A model generated the notes under the pieces. That model did no database searches and had not been told where the DNA came from. It saw only the letters and a program-made list of their open reading frames with translations. Made by a program: the position numbers and the translations under genes. A DNA stretch of 64,000 nt from an uncultured virus (IMG/VR IMGVR_UViG_3300017970_000189) (Duplodnaviria; Heunggongvirae; Uroviricota; Caudoviricetes). The stretch lies in the IMG/VR virus record IMGVR_UViG_3300017970_000189, one strand, 5' to 3'. Shown here piece by piece: positions 35,689-45,720 of this stretch (position 1 is the stretch's first letter; the number at the start of each line of letters is the position of its first letter).

Positions 35689-36330
35689 ATGTTCGAAAAG
35701 TTCACTGAGCGCGCCCGGAAAGTCATGAGCCTCGCCCGCCAGGAAGCCCAGCGCCTGAACGCCGATTTCATCGGGACGGAACACATCCTGCTCGGGATCA
35801 TCTCAGAAGGCGGAGGTTCGGCCGTCAAGGCTCTCGTCAACTTGAATGTCGATCTCAAATTCATTGTCCGCGAGATCGAGAAGCTCGTCGCCCCCTCGAC
35901 GTCCCCCACTGTGCCCCTCGGACAACTCCCATTTTCCCCGCGCGCCAAGCGCGTGATCGAGCTGGCCGGAGAGTCCGCGAGCCAGCTCAGCACGGAGGTG
36001 ATCGGCACCGAACACCTCCTCATTGGCCTCGCCAAGGAAAACGAAGGCATCGCCGCTCAGGTGCTGATCAACCTTGGCCTCAAGCTCGACCAGATCCAGG
36101 ATATGGTCGTGAAAGTCGCCTATCCAGGAAAAGGAGCTGCCGACTTTACCACGGACATGGACATCACCGGGACCATCATTGACAATCGCGGAGCCCATTT
36201 CACGGTCCTTCGCCGGGATGGGACCTCAATGACCGTTCAGCAGGATCACGTCAAAATTCCGGATAACGAGATCGCCGTCGGGCGCCGGATCAGCATCACC
36301 TACAAGGTGAATACGGTCTTTCTGGATTAA
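35689..36330 (+). CDS. Second stand-alone ClpC-type N-terminal domain with a short beta-rich tail; no AAA+ module
   Basis: MFEKFTERARKVMSLARQEAQRLNADFIGTEHILLG is a typical ClpC N-terminus; second Clp-R repeat present. Confidence 0.92.
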   Translation: MFEKFTERARKVMSLARQEAQRLNADFIGTEHILLGIISEGGGSAVKALVNLNVDLKFIVREIEKLVAPSTSPTVPLGQLPFSPRAKRVIELAGESASQLSTEVIGTEHLLIGLAKENEGIAAQVLINLGLKLDQIQDMVVKVAYPGKGAADFTTDMDITGTIIDNRGAHFTVLRRDGTSMTVQQDHVKIPDNEIAVGRRISITYKVNTVFLD

Positions 36331-36334
36331 GCCC

Positions 36335-36700
36335 TTGCGGTTCGATCTCAAGAAACCCTGCTCGAACTGTCCCTTTCTCCGCATCGGCGGAGTCCGCCTC
36401 CTCCCCGCGCGCGTCCGCGAGATCGCTGGCATGATGCTCTCCCCCCAAGGATCCACCTTCGCCTGCCACAAGACGACTACCGAGGATGATGAGGGAGAAT
36501 CGATACCATCCGGGGACAGCTCTCATTGTGCAGGCGCTCTCATTTTCGCAGAAGTCAATGGCAACGCGACCCAGATGATGCGCATCGCCGAGCGCCTGGG
36601 ACTTTACAAGGCCGACCGCCTCATGAAAAATAAGACCGTAGTGAAATCGGTCTTCAAAAACCTTTCGGAGATGCTCCGGGTAAATAGGAGGGAATTGTAA
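36335..36700 (+). CDS. Cys-rich phage-type hypothetical protein
   Basis: PCSNCPF...FACH...HCAG pattern. Confidence 0.5.
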   Translation: MRFDLKKPCSNCPFLRIGGVRLLPARVREIAGMMLSPQGSTFACHKTTTEDDEGESIPSGDSSHCAGALIFAEVNGNATQMMRIAERLGLYKADRLMKNKTVVKSVFKNLSEMLRVNRREL

Positions 36701-36774
36701 ACATTCCGTTCAGAACATAGTGAAACGCGGCCGGACTCAAGATACAATCCAGGCGATAGCTTCTAGGAGAGAGG

Positions 36775-37656
36775 ATGCGAAAAATAGCGGTCGGACCCAC
36801 AGCCTTCGTGATCGTCAGCCACGCGGCAGCCATCGCGGGCCCCATCCTCTACGGCATCTGTCACGGCTTCACCTGGACCTCCGCCTGGATCGCCCTCGCC
36901 TTCTACCTCCTCACCTCTTTCAGCGTGAGCGCCGGCTACCACCGGCTCTTCACCCACGGCGCCTACGAAGCCCACTGGCTCTTCCGCAGCTTCCTTGCCT
37001 TCTTCGGAGCCGCCTCCTTCGAAGGCTCCGTCATCAAATGGGTCACCATGCACCGCCAGCATCACCTGGGCGTAGATACCGACGACGACCCCCATGACAT
37101 CAAAAAGGGCTTCTGGTGGGCCCACATAGGCTGGGTGATTTTTGGATACGGGACCAGCAAAATCAACCCGAATATCGACGACCTGAAGAAAGATCCCATC
37201 CTGACCTTCCAGGACCGCTTTTATGCCCCGATCGCCATCTTCTCCGGCGTCCTCCTCCCCTGGATGCTGGGATACGCCCTAGGCGACCCCTGGGGAGGCC
37301 TGTGCATCGGAAGCTTCCTCCGGATGGTCTTCTTCCACCACATCACCTGGTTCATCAACTCCGCCGCCCATACCTTCGGATCCAAGCCCTACGACCCCAA
37401 TATCACCGCCACCAATTCCCTCTTCCTCGCCCTCTTCACCATGGGCGAAGGCTACCACAACTTCCACCACGTCTTCCCTTATGACTACCGGAACGGTCCG
37501 CGCTACTATGACTACGACATGACCAAATGGATCGTCTACCTGCTCAGCTTCGTCGGGCTCTCCAAGAATCTCGTCCGGACGGACTGGGAGACGATCCGGA
37601 AGACCGCCGAGAAAAATCATCAGCCTGAACCGGTCCTGGAACTGGACAAAGCCTGA
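36775..37656 (+). CDS. Delta-9-type acyl-CoA/acyl-lipid fatty acid desaturase
   Basis: His boxes HRLFTH, HRQHH, HNFHH; NSAAH; TM helices. Confidence 0.93.
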   Translation: MRKIAVGPTAFVIVSHAAAIAGPILYGICHGFTWTSAWIALAFYLLTSFSVSAGYHRLFTHGAYEAHWLFRSFLAFFGAASFEGSVIKWVTMHRQHHLGVDTDDDPHDIKKGFWWAHIGWVIFGYGTSKINPNIDDLKKDPILTFQDRFYAPIAIFSGVLLPWMLGYALGDPWGGLCIGSFLRMVFFHHITWFINSAAHTFGSKPYDPNITATNSLFLALFTMGEGYHNFHHVFPYDYRNGPRYYDYDMTKWIVYLLSFVGLSKNLVRTDWETIRKTAEKNHQPEPVLELDKA

Positions 37657-37697
37657 TCCGAAGAGGTATCATCCCTAGGTCGGGAGAGAAGGGTCTC

Positions 37698-38357
37698 ATG
37701 CGCGCCCACGAATATTGCTGTCCATCCTGCGGAGTGGTCGTGCTTTCCGGTGTCGCCATCGCCGAGGACCCCGGAACCGGCGAAGACGTCTGCCTCTTCT
37801 GCGCCCCCTACGACGAAACCCGCGAGGATTTCTCCATCCTCTTCCTCCAGGACGCCCTCGAGAAAAGCCTCCAATCGGCCCAGATGGGTGTCCGTCAGGT
37901 CGAACCGCCTTCCCGGCCTCTCAACGTCATGATCGCCCCGGATCAGGCGAAGATCGCGATCGAACTCAATAATTTCCTGAAAAAGATCCTCGACATCCTC
38001 TACGAGGACGCCAAATTCGGAAGTACCAACCAGATCGTCCGGGACGGCGGGAAGCAGATCCTGGAAGACATCAATGTCAACATTCGCGCGAAGCTCCTGG
38101 ATCCTGGAAGCGCCATGCGCCTGTCCCCCCTCATCCTCACGAAAGAAGATACGGGCAGATATCTCGGGATCCTGGAACTGATCCATACCCGCTATACCTA
38201 CGCCCACAAGACCATCGTCGGGGACTCCGAGGATCCAGAGGCCACGCGGCGGTATTCCTACACCATGTTCTGGCATATGGGCAGCCTGATCCGGATCGGC
38301 CAGCTTGCCACAACGATTTCCCCCTGGATCACCGGAAAAGAAAAGCCCCGCTTCTGA
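37698..38357 (+). CDS. Hypothetical protein with N-terminal zinc ribbon
   Basis: CPSC...CLFC; TGATG overlap with rmlC. Confidence 0.6.
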   Translation: MRAHEYCCPSCGVVVLSGVAIAEDPGTGEDVCLFCAPYDETREDFSILFLQDALEKSLQSAQMGVRQVEPPSRPLNVMIAPDQAKIAIELNNFLKKILDILYEDAKFGSTNQIVRDGGKQILEDINVNIRAKLLDPGSAMRLSPLILTKEDTGRYLGILELIHTRYTYAHKTIVGDSEDPEATRRYSYTMFWHMGSLIRIGQLATTISPWITGKEKPRF

Positions 38358-38887
38358 TGGAAGTCACTAAAACCTTCCTTTCCGGCGTCTTCATCCTCCA
38401 CCCCAAGGCCCACCGCGATTCCCGCGGCCAGTTCGCCGAAGCCTTCAACGCCTCCATCCTTGCCCAGCATGAACTTCCCTTCCGGGTCGATCAGGTGAAC
38501 GTCTCGATGAGCCAGGAAGAAGGCACCGTCCGAGGAATGCATTGGCAGGAGGACCCCTTAGGCCAGATCAAAATCGTCCGCTGTATCGCGGGAGAGGTTC
38601 TGGACGTCGTGGTCGACGTCCGTCCCTCCTCCTCCACGTACGGCCAATACTACCCAATCTGGCTCCAGGAGGGGGATCTCCAGTCCGTCTACGTCCCCAA
38701 AGGCTGCGCCCACGGCTGGCAGGCGATCAAAAAGCGCTCGGAGATCGAATACCTGGTCTCGGGGTCCTGGAACAAGGAAGCCGAACGCGGCCTCCGGCCG
38801 GATGATCCGGCTATCCAGATCATCTGGGCCAAGACCCCCACCTGCATGAACCCCCGGGACATGTCCTGGCCCCTCTTCAAACCATGA
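38357..38887 (+). CDS. rmlC: dTDP-4-dehydrorhamnose 3,5-epimerase
   Basis: DSRGQFAE, QVNVSMS, GTVRGMHWQ, KIVRC..G...DVVVDVR, YVPKGCAHG. Confidence 0.93.
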   Translation: MEVTKTFLSGVFILHPKAHRDSRGQFAEAFNASILAQHELPFRVDQVNVSMSQEEGTVRGMHWQEDPLGQIKIVRCIAGEVLDVVVDVRPSSSTYGQYYPIWLQEGDLQSVYVPKGCAHGWQAIKKRSEIEYLVSGSWNKEAERGLRPDDPAIQIIWAKTPTCMNPRDMSWPLFKP

Positions 38888-38893
38888 TTTTGT

Positions 38894-38921
38894 TTGAATT
38901 CCAAGCCCTTAAGCGTATAAT
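38894..38921 (+). promoter_or_regulatory. sigma70-like promoter TTGAAT-N16-TATAAT
   Basis: Intergenic, upstream of 38972..39364. Confidence 0.55.
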
Positions 38922-38971
38922 CCCAGTACCTCCCCCATCCAGAACTTCTGTTTCTAGTTTGAGGAGGAGCT

Positions 38972-39364
38972 ATGCTGGCCTACCCGGTTCTCAACCTTCC
39001 CCGTCGGTACCTCGGTCAGGCGGCGCCGCCCCCTCAAAGGTACATGCCGACGGCGACCGACTGCGCCAGCCTTCCGGACTTCCAGAAGGCCCTCGATAAC
39101 GCCTCCCAGCGGATCGCGTACTACGAGAAGGCCATGCAGGCGGCCACGGCGGCCAACGACCAGACCGGCATCGATGCGGCGAGCGCCGGATCGGATCTCG
39201 CCAACCGGGACTGGAATACCTGGTCGGCCAAGGTCAAATCCTGCCAAGCGGGGGCCGGAAAGGGCCCGGTTTCGACCTCGGTGGTCGGCCCGCTTCCCAT
39301 CGCGGCGGGCATCGGTGTGGCCGCCATCGTGGGCCTCTTCGCCACCGGCGTCATCAAAATCTAG
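38972..39364 (+). CDS. LGQ-leader helical-hairpin protein with C-terminal TM anchor
   Basis: RRYLGQAA; Cys pair flanking a helical segment; tail [33 protein letters not shown]. Confidence 0.8.
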   Translation: MLAYPVLNLPRRYLGQAAPPPQRYMPTATDCASLPDFQKALDNASQRIAYYEKAMQAATAANDQTGIDAASAGSDLANRDWNTWSAKVKSCQAGAGKGPVSTSVVGPLPIAAGIGVAAIVGLFATGVIKI

Positions 39365-39631
39365 TCAAGAACCCCTGAGCGAAACCTCGGACAGAGGCTC
39401 TTTTTCTAGAAAAATCTCTTCCAATAGCCAGCCAGCGCGCCGATCACGTAGATCACGATCGCCGCTACCAGGAAGAGACAGCCCCAAGGAGCCTGGGACG
39501 GCATCTTCTTCGGATTGTACGGCTCTTCGGCGGCCTGCTTGTCCTTCATGCGCCTCTGGGTGGCCTCCCATTCTTCCAGGCGCTTGCGGTATCCTTCGTT
39601 GGTCATCGGATGATCCTTTTTGAGCGTGGTG

Positions 39632-39967
39632 TCAATCGAGCAGTCTCCAGTGGCGCCGGATGCCGAGATTTTCGATCGTCGCCATGAGCGTCGGCATGAT
39701 GAACTCCAGCTCATCATCCTCGAGCAGCCTCCGGCCGGGAAGGTGGATATTTTTCGTCACTTCGATCGAATACCGGTAGGGACTGCCGATCCGGTACCTG
39801 ACTTCAGGATGCTCGACCCAGAGTCTCAGCCATCCTTTGACAAGTCTCGCGGTAAAGGACGGGGAGGCATCGTATCTCCAGGAAGTATCCTCGAGCAGTC
39901 CGTTCCGAACCATCTGCTCGATCTCCCTGGGAACGTCGTAATCCGGAGGGAATTCCCGTCTCCACAT
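39632..39967 (-). CDS. Hypothetical protein
   Basis: W..EFP...DTSWRYDASPSF motif; clean ORF in the minus block. Confidence 0.55.
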   Translation of the reverse strand: MWRREFPPDYDVPREIEQMVRNGLLEDTSWRYDASPSFTARLVKGWLRLWVEHPEVRYRIGSPYRYSIEVTKNIHLPGRRLLEDDELEFIMPTLMATIENLGIRRHWRLLD

Positions 39968-40267
39968 CGGGAACCATCTTAGATTTGGACCATCGTTTGT
40001 TCTAGCTTATCTAGAAGTTCAACCAGCTCCCGGGCATCCTCTTCATTGAGGCCCGAAATCCGGTTACGCTTCCCGTGATGGGGATGCTTGAGGTCGAAAG
40101 GCTTGAAAGTTTCCCGGGCCAAAAGATGGTCCACCCCGTCCTTCAGCTCCTGGATGTTGGCGAGTGTCAGCACGGTCAGGATCCCCGTATGCTTCCGATC
40201 CTTGATATCCACGAACTTTTTGTTCGGGGACAAGGAAGCCTCGAATCGATTTCCGGTGATGATCATC

Positions 40268-40909
40268 TCAGCACTCATAGATCCCGAAGAACTCAAGCGC
40301 CTTTTCCAACCCCTCTTCCACGGATTTGACGACGATCGTATGGTCGAGAGCCGGCCGATAATCCTCCTTCACCTCTTCCAGATGTTCGTATGCCGGCGAC
40401 CCCTCCACCACGACCAGGAGCATCGATTCCTCCACCTCTCCTTCTTTTCTCTTTACGGACTCCAGAATCTTTTCCTCCATATCTCCATACAAGAGCGCCG
40501 CGACGCCTTCCAGGACGAGATCCTGGGCTGTCTCCGGGGCGCTTTCGAAGATTTTCCGGAGATCTCTCTGGGGAAGCCCGGAAGACTGAGCTTTCATAAG
40601 CTCGTGCGCCCATTCATGAGTTGCTTTCAGGATATCCGTCTGCTCACGCTTGTCACCGGTCACCATGCGAATCCCGGCCTTCACCGCATCCCAATCGTAT
40701 CTGGGAGCGTGCCGGTAAAGAACCGAGAATGATCCTGCATGTCGGCCTTCCTCCAGATTGCCCACCGAGATCTGCATCCAGGAAAAGGGATTGGTGTAGT
40801 ACGAAGCCGGAAACGATTCCAGAGACTGGTAATAGTATGGGGTGTTCCCGCACTTTTTCCAAAGCCTTTCCGGACCAGCGAGCTTTGGGCGCCGCATCAC
40901 CACACGCAC
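40268..40909 (-). CDS. Hypothetical acidic protein
   Basis: 213-aa ORF co-oriented with neighbours. Confidence 0.6.
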   Translation of the reverse strand: MRVVMRRPKLAGPERLWKKCGNTPYYYQSLESFPASYYTNPFSWMQISVGNLEEGRHAGSFSVLYRHAPRYDWDAVKAGIRMVTGDKREQTDILKATHEWAHELMKAQSSGLPQRDLRKIFESAPETAQDLVLEGVAALLYGDMEEKILESVKRKEGEVEESMLLVVVEGSPAYEHLEEVKEDYRPALDHTIVVKSVEEGLEKALEFFGIYEC

Positions 40910-41382
40910 GAATGGCGGTAGATCGCCGTGAAGAGGGAGGCCCCAACCAGAATTTCCCCGGTCATCTGGATGGGCTTATATTTCCAGTACGTCCCGGCAG
41001 CCACGACCGCGGCGCCGGCCAGGAGCGCGATCAGCTCGGTGTTCGTCAAGATCTTCGGAGTCCCGCAGATCGGCAGGTCGACGAAGAGCGATTGGTTGGT
41101 ATTTCCATGCCTCACGATCGTGAGACCGTCGATCGCGAGCGTCACGTCCACTTCGCCGCGGGGAGGCGTATTAAAAGTCGCAACCCCGTTGTCGTCGGTC
41201 ACCGCCGTCTGACCGTCCGGGAGGCTCACCTTGACGCCCGTAAAGGCATTCCCCCGGACATCGATCACCGCAACCTTGAAGGGAGCCTGAGCGGCCTGGG
41301 AAAGGAAAGATCCCGGAGTCGGAGGAGCCCATCCCAGTTGAAGCGGAACCTGTCTCATCCGCACGCCGCCCAGGCTGATCAC
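40897..41382 (-). CDS. Ig/carboxypeptidase-regulatory-like beta domain with two C-terminal TM segments
   Basis: VAVIDVRGN...GVKV...TDDNGVATF pattern; hydrophobic tail. Confidence 0.55.
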   Translation of the reverse strand: MISLGGVRMRQVPLQLGWAPPTPGSFLSQAAQAPFKVAVIDVRGNAFTGVKVSLPDGQTAVTDDNGVATFNTPPRGEVDVTLAIDGLTIVRHGNTNQSLFVDLPICGTPKILTNTELIALLAGAAVVAAGTYWKYKPIQMTGEILVGASLFTAIYRHSCVW

Positions 41383-41861
41383 GCGAACTCCAGCAGAAGT
41401 TTTTCCATTTCCCTAGCCAGGTCTGTCGCCCCTTCGTCCAATGCCAGATCCCGGATCGCCCTCAAGTAGCCCCTCGCTTCCACTCGCATCATCGGTCCGC
41501 CGTTCCGGGCTAGTCCGACGACATGAAGAGCCATCGCAAGCGCATGCTGGCGCTCCTCGAGCGTATCGAGGCCCATCACGGCTCCAGAAAGGCCGTTCCC
41601 CTTATGACCGTTCTCCTGATGGCCACCCTCATCGATAAATTCTACCCTCGTAAGCGCCGGATCCTCCGGCGAGATCACCTTGACCTTCCTTCCGATGACC
41701 TTCCCCCCTTCCACCTCCATCATCCGGCGGAATTCCCGATGATCCCAGTTCACGATCAATCCTGGGTCCTTCTTGTCCGCGGTCTCGATGAACATCTGGA
41801 TGATGGTTCCTTCATCGCTAATATCGATGACCTTCCCAATGACCCAATTCTTCTTGGCCAT
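41379..41861 (-). CDS. Hypothetical protein
   Basis: 160-aa ORF coupled to neighbours. Confidence 0.55.
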   Translation of the reverse strand: MAKKNWVIGKVIDISDEGTIIQMFIETADKKDPGLIVNWDHREFRRMMEVEGGKVIGRKVKVISPEDPALTRVEFIDEGGHQENGHKGNGLSGAVMGLDTLEERQHALAMALHVVGLARNGGPMMRVEARGYLRAIRDLALDEGATDLAREMEKLLLEFA

Positions 41862-41863
41862 GC

Positions 41864-42403
41864 TTATCCTCGAGCGACCACGACGACGAGCGCAACAAGG
41901 GCTGTAGCACCGATCCCGATCAGAATAGGAGTCGAGGTATCTTCCGGAGGAGTTCTCGCGCCGGATGGGCTCCCTGGCGGTCCCGCGGGGCTTCCAGGAG
42001 ACGAGGCCGCCTGAACCGGAGCACTGGGAACCGGCTTCCCCGTATGATTGGTCATGATCACGTACATCCGGTTGACCGCCTGGATCCAGTTCTGGGCAGC
42101 GGTCAGATCATCCTGGGAAAAAGGGGCATTCGGATTGCTGGTGAGCGCGTCATTCAGCCCTTCGGCAGCGGATCCGTACTTGGTATCGTCCTGGGAGAGC
42201 AGCGTCCAATTGTCATAGTCACTTCCCAAATCAGCCTGCAAATTGGGATGGTTCTTCTTCCATTCCTTGATGATCTCGTATTGATCGACGGCCTGGGAAA
42301 GGCTGACGGCGAATTTCTGAACCGCATCCGGGGAAAGCGGCTGCCCCTGATCCTGCCCCATGAAGGGGTTTGTGGAGAATCCCAGGGAAAAAATCGTCCG
42401 CAT
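41864..42403 (-). CDS. MGQ-leader, tail-anchored helical protein (paralog of 42405 and 55238)
   Basis: MRTIFSLGF...PFMGQD; shared N(H)PNxQxxLGxD...W...M..H core; C-terminal TM. Confidence 0.8.
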   Translation of the reverse strand: MRTIFSLGFSTNPFMGQDQGQPLSPDAVQKFAVSLSQAVDQYEIIKEWKKNHPNLQADLGSDYDNWTLLSQDDTKYGSAAEGLNDALTSNPNAPFSQDDLTAAQNWIQAVNRMYVIMTNHTGKPVPSAPVQAASSPGSPAGPPGSPSGARTPPEDTSTPILIGIGATALVALVVVVARG

Positions 42404-42404
42404 T

Positions 42405-42929
42405 CTAACTCAGGACGTAAACGAGCAGCGCGACTGCTGCCACGCCGCCCACGGCCAGGACGACCGGACTCACCGTTGGACCTGAAGGGGGGGTCACCCC
42501 GGCCTTGGCGGCCGTAGCCGGCTGATGAGCCTGCATGAGCTTGAAGGCCTGGTCGATGAGGAGGATCCAGCTATTCGAATCGTTCCATTCCTGGCCCGTC
42601 AACGGCCAGGAAGTCCCCGGAGCGCTCAGGCGCGTCTGGACAGCAAGCGCCGTATCGCTATAGGAATCCGCCTGACCCAAGCTGTCGTTGAATTTCGCGA
42701 GATCCGGGCCCAGAAGCGTCTGCCAATTGGCGTTCTGTTTGAAGGCAGCAATCGCCTTGTTCTCCTCCGCCGCGCGATTGATATTGGCGAGCAGGCTGTC
42801 CCGATCGCCCTTCTGAAGCGTCATCGTGGCCAAGGATGCCGCATCTTGACCGAGGCGATACGCCGGACGATACGGAGAGAGCCCGAACGGGCTCGTTCCG
42901 ACAAAACCCATCGTAAAAAGCGTCTTCAT
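42405..42929 (-). CDS. LGQ-leader, tail-anchored helical protein
   Basis: MKTLFTMGF...[14 protein letters not shown] core; C-terminal TM. Confidence 0.8.
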   Translation of the reverse strand: MKTLFTMGFVGTSPFGLSPYRPAYRLGQDAASLATMTLQKGDRDSLLANINRAAEENKAIAAFKQNANWQTLLGPDLAKFNDSLGQADSYSDTALAVQTRLSAPGTSWPLTGQEWNDSNSWILLIDQAFKLMQAHQPATAAKAGVTPPSGPTVSPVVLAVGGVAAVALLVYVLS

Positions 42930-42932
42930 AGA

Positions 42933-44024
42933 TTACCCAATCACTAAGATGCTTCCACCTAGGAATCCGGGAACGGCGCCACTCCAGGTCACCGTCACTC
43001 CCGCCGAACTGAACGCAGTGATCGAAAGCGTCGCATAAGTTAGAGCAGTGCTGATCGGCAATTGACCGATCACTCCGCTGGAAGCAATGGCAACATTTGT
43101 AGGAGCTTGATTGATATTCAATATCAATGTCGTCTGTCCTGCTCCGATAGCATTCCCAAAGCCATCGGATTTTGCCCAGAACTCTTCCGTACTAGGGGAG
43201 AATGTGAAATTCATCGCCCCCGTAAAATAAACCGCCTTTGGAACAAATGGGAGAGGCCCAGTGGAAGAAGATCCGGAACCCGAAATTGGAAGCAGGAAGC
43301 TTTGAACTGCGCTGGCACCAGTCACGCCCTGGATGCCGGTCGCACCTTGTGGTCCCGTAGAACCCTGTACTCCGGTTGTTCCTTGAACACCTTGAACGCC
43401 GGTCTGTCCTTGAATGCCTTGGACTCCGGTTACCCCTTGAGGACCTCCAGAAGGCCCGGTGACGCCTTGCGGTCCGGTCGATCCCTGAACGCCGGTGGCC
43501 CCTTGAGGACCTCCAGAAGGCCCGGTGACGCCTTGCGGTCCAGTCGATCCCTGAACGCCGGTGGCCCCTTGAGGACCTCCGGAAGGCCCGGTGGTACCTT
43601 GAGGACCGGTTTGACCTTGGATGCCGGTGCTTCCTTGTACACCAGTTGCGCCTACAGGGCCTCCTGAAGGTCCAGTGACCCCTTGGGGTCCAGTCTGACC
43701 TTGAACGCCCGTCGTGCCTTGGGGACCTCCAGAAGGCCCGGTGACGCCTTGAGGGCCAGTTTCCCCTTGAGGTCCGGTCCCGCCGCCCGCAATTCCGGTG
43801 ACACCTTGAGAGCCAGGCTGGCCTGGTGCCCCTGGGGGCCCCACTCCGCCTCCACCTCCGGAAATGAATGGAAAGCCTGCGAGCGCCGAACGGCCGATGA
43901 CCGGATTGATAACAGGAAGGAGCTCCTGGAGCTCCATGAAGTCCTGGCCTGTGAGCGACGTGTCGGAATAGAGGATCCGACCGTCAATGAATTGGACCAG
44001 GCCATTCGCGAGGATCTTGGCCAA
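42933..44024 (-). CDS. Collagen-like fibre protein 1 (constant N-terminus, head type A)
   Basis: [13 protein letters not shown]-terminus; alternating GXT/GXQ triplets; beta-rich C-terminal domain. Confidence 0.9.
   Translation of the reverse strand: MAKILANGLVQFIDGRILYSDTSLTGQDFMELQELLPVINPVIGRSALAGFPFISGGGGGVGPPGAPGQPGSQGVTGIAGGGTGPQGETGPQGVTGPSGGPQGTTGVQGQTGPQGVTGPSGGPVGATGVQGSTGIQGQTGPQGTTGPSGGPQGATGVQGSTGPQGVTGPSGGPQGATGVQGSTGPQGVTGPSGGPQGVTGVQGIQGQTGVQGVQGTTGVQGSTGPQGATGIQGVTGASAVQSFLLPISGSGSSSTGPLPFVPKAVYFTGAMNFTFSPSTEEFWAKSDGFGNAIGAGQTTLILNINQAPTNVAIASSGVIGQLPISTALTYATLSITAFSSAGVTVTWSGAVPGFLGGSILVIG
43435..43592. repeat. 66-bp tandem repeat (~2.4 copies) within collagen gene 1
   Basis: Unit ccttgaggacctcc(a/g)gaaggcccggtg... 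starts at 43435, 43501 and 43567. Confidence 0.85.
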
Positions 44025-44110
44025 AATGGCTCTCCGTAGAGAGCCAGAGGAGGGGGAGGGGTGCCTCCGGCAGACTTTTAGATACTATCCTATCCAGAAT
44101 TGAAAATCTA
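44025..44110 (-). promoter_or_regulatory. Promoter (TAGATT-N17-TAGTAT) plus structured 5' leader, copy 1
   Basis: Leader GTCTGCCGGAGGCACCCCTCCCCCTCCTCTGGCTCTCTACGGAGAGCCATT before TTG. Confidence 0.85.
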
Positions 44111-44143
44111 GTTTAACTGCCACCCCAGCCGATCTGGGGACAA

Positions 44144-45313
44144 TTATCCGATCACCATGATGCTTCCACCAAAGGTTCCCGGGATGGCCAAGGACCAAGC
44201 CACCGTAACTCCCGCAGGACTGAAGGCGGTGATGCTCAGAAAGCTGTACGTCGGAGTTGCATTGACGGGTAGCTGTCCGATAAATCCAGTTGATCCATCC
44301 ACAGAGGACAGCCCTGACGAGAACACCGTAGTGGCCTCCGTTTGGCCGCCACCCACCACCTGCCCGAACCCTGAGCTCCTCCCCTTAAAGGTGGTGACCA
44401 TGAAACCGCAGAAGTAGACCGCCTGTGGAGTAAATGGAAGAGGCCCAGTGCTAGAGGATCCACTTGCGGCAATTGCCATGAAGAAGCTCTGAACCCCGCT
44501 GATCCCCGTCGCGCCCTGGAGGCCGGTCGCTCCTTCAACTCCCGTGACGCCTTGGACTCCTGATCCGGTCTGACCTTGAACGCCAGTTTGCCCCTGGCTG
44601 CCCGTCGGACCTTGAATCCCCGTGGCGCCTTGGATCCCCACCCCGGTCTGGCCCTGGATGCCTGTTTGTCCTTGTATCCCTTGAACACCCGTCGTGCCCT
44701 GGGCCCCGACCCCGGTCTGACCTTGAACGCCGGTTGCGCCTTGAGGACCGCCAGCCGGACCTGTCGCACCCTGCACCCCGGTTTCGCCTTGAGCACCCAC
44801 GCCAGGACCCGTGACGCCTTGAGCGCCTGTTGCGCCAACACCGGTTTGCCCTTGAATCCCGGTAGTGCCCTGCATCCCCGTAATGCCCTGCACTCCGGTA
44901 TTGCCCTGGGCTCCGACCCCGGTCTGGCCTTGAGTGCCGGTGGTGCCCTGCATCCCCGTGATGCCTTGCACTCCGGTATTTCCCTGCACTCCGGTCGCGC
45001 CAGGAGGGCCGCCAAAAGGACCGGTGACGCCTTGCGGGCCCGTTTCGCCCTGAGTGCCGGTCTCACCCTGAAGACCGGTGCCTCCACCCGCGATTCCCGT
45101 AACCCCCTGGGCGCCGGGAGCACCTGGCGTCCCCTGTCCTCCACCACCCGAAACAAAGGGGAATCCGACCGTGGCCGCGCGGCCGATGACAGGGTTAATT
45201 ACAGGCAGGAGCTCCTGAAGCTCCATGAAATCCTGGCCCATGAGCGGCGTATCGGAATAGAGAATCCGACCGTCGATGAATTGGACCAGGCCATTCGCGA
45301 GGATCTTGGCCAA
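44144..45313 (-). CDS. Collagen-like fibre protein 2 (head type A')
   Basis: Same N-terminus; head VQSF...[18 protein letters not shown] shared with gene 1. Confidence 0.9.
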   Translation of the reverse strand: MAKILANGLVQFIDGRILYSDTPLMGQDFMELQELLPVINPVIGRAATVGFPFVSGGGGQGTPGAPGAQGVTGIAGGGTGLQGETGTQGETGPQGVTGPFGGPPGATGVQGNTGVQGITGMQGTTGTQGQTGVGAQGNTGVQGITGMQGTTGIQGQTGVGATGAQGVTGPGVGAQGETGVQGATGPAGGPQGATGVQGQTGVGAQGTTGVQGIQGQTGIQGQTGVGIQGATGIQGPTGSQGQTGVQGQTGSGVQGVTGVEGATGLQGATGISGVQSFFMAIAASGSSSTGPLPFTPQAVYFCGFMVTTFKGRSSGFGQVVGGGQTEATTVFSSGLSSVDGSTGFIGQLPVNATPTYSFLSITAFSPAGVTVAWSLAIPGTFGGSIMVIG

Positions 45314-45403
45314 AATGGCTCTCCGCTAAGAGAGCCAGAGGAGGGGGAGGGAAGAGCCTCCGGCAGACTTTTAGATACTATCCTATCCAGAATTGAAAGT
45401 CTA
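45314..45403 (-). promoter_or_regulatory. Promoter (TAGACT-N17-TAGTAT) plus structured 5' leader, copy 2
   Basis: Same leader with loop-only changes (TTAGCG loop). Confidence 0.85.
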
Positions 45404-45405
45404 GT

Positions 45406-45720
45406 TTAACTCCCTCCCCAGCCGATCTGGGGACGATAGTTGCACACCGTATTGCCATAAAGATCGGCATAGATCGTCCAATTGCCGTCTGCCGAGGGAT
45501 CCTGAGTCACTCCCATGATCCAGTAGGCGACATCCTTGGGCGTCGCCGAATCCGCCCCTCCGCCTCCGAACATGAGGTCGGCATAGGCACTCTGGAGCCT
45601 GAAATTCAGAATATCCCCGTTCACCACCCGGACGCTGTCGAGCGCCATGATGTAGTTCACGACATCGGCAGGGGTTGCCGAATCGATCCCGACGATGAAA
45701 TTGACGGTCGTGAAGAACAT
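45406..45720 (-). CDS. Hypothetical protein with internal DSATPxDV repeat
   Basis: DSATPADVVNYIM / DSATPKDVAYWIM; TGATG overlap with the upstream gene. Confidence 0.65.
   Translation of the reverse strand: MFFTTVNFIVGIDSATPADVVNYIMALDSVRVVNGDILNFRLQSAYADLMFGGGGADSATPKDVAYWIMGVTQDPSADGNWTIYADLYGNTVCNYRPQIGWGGS

Noticed and set aside
27650..36330. Full clpC/clpB gene calls
   Set aside because: No Walker A/B or AAA+ domains follow the N-domains, so no gene symbol was assigned
39365..39410. Terminator at the convergent strand junction
   Set aside because: Only a 4-bp core stem (CCTC-GGACA-GAGG) before a short T run; too weak to call
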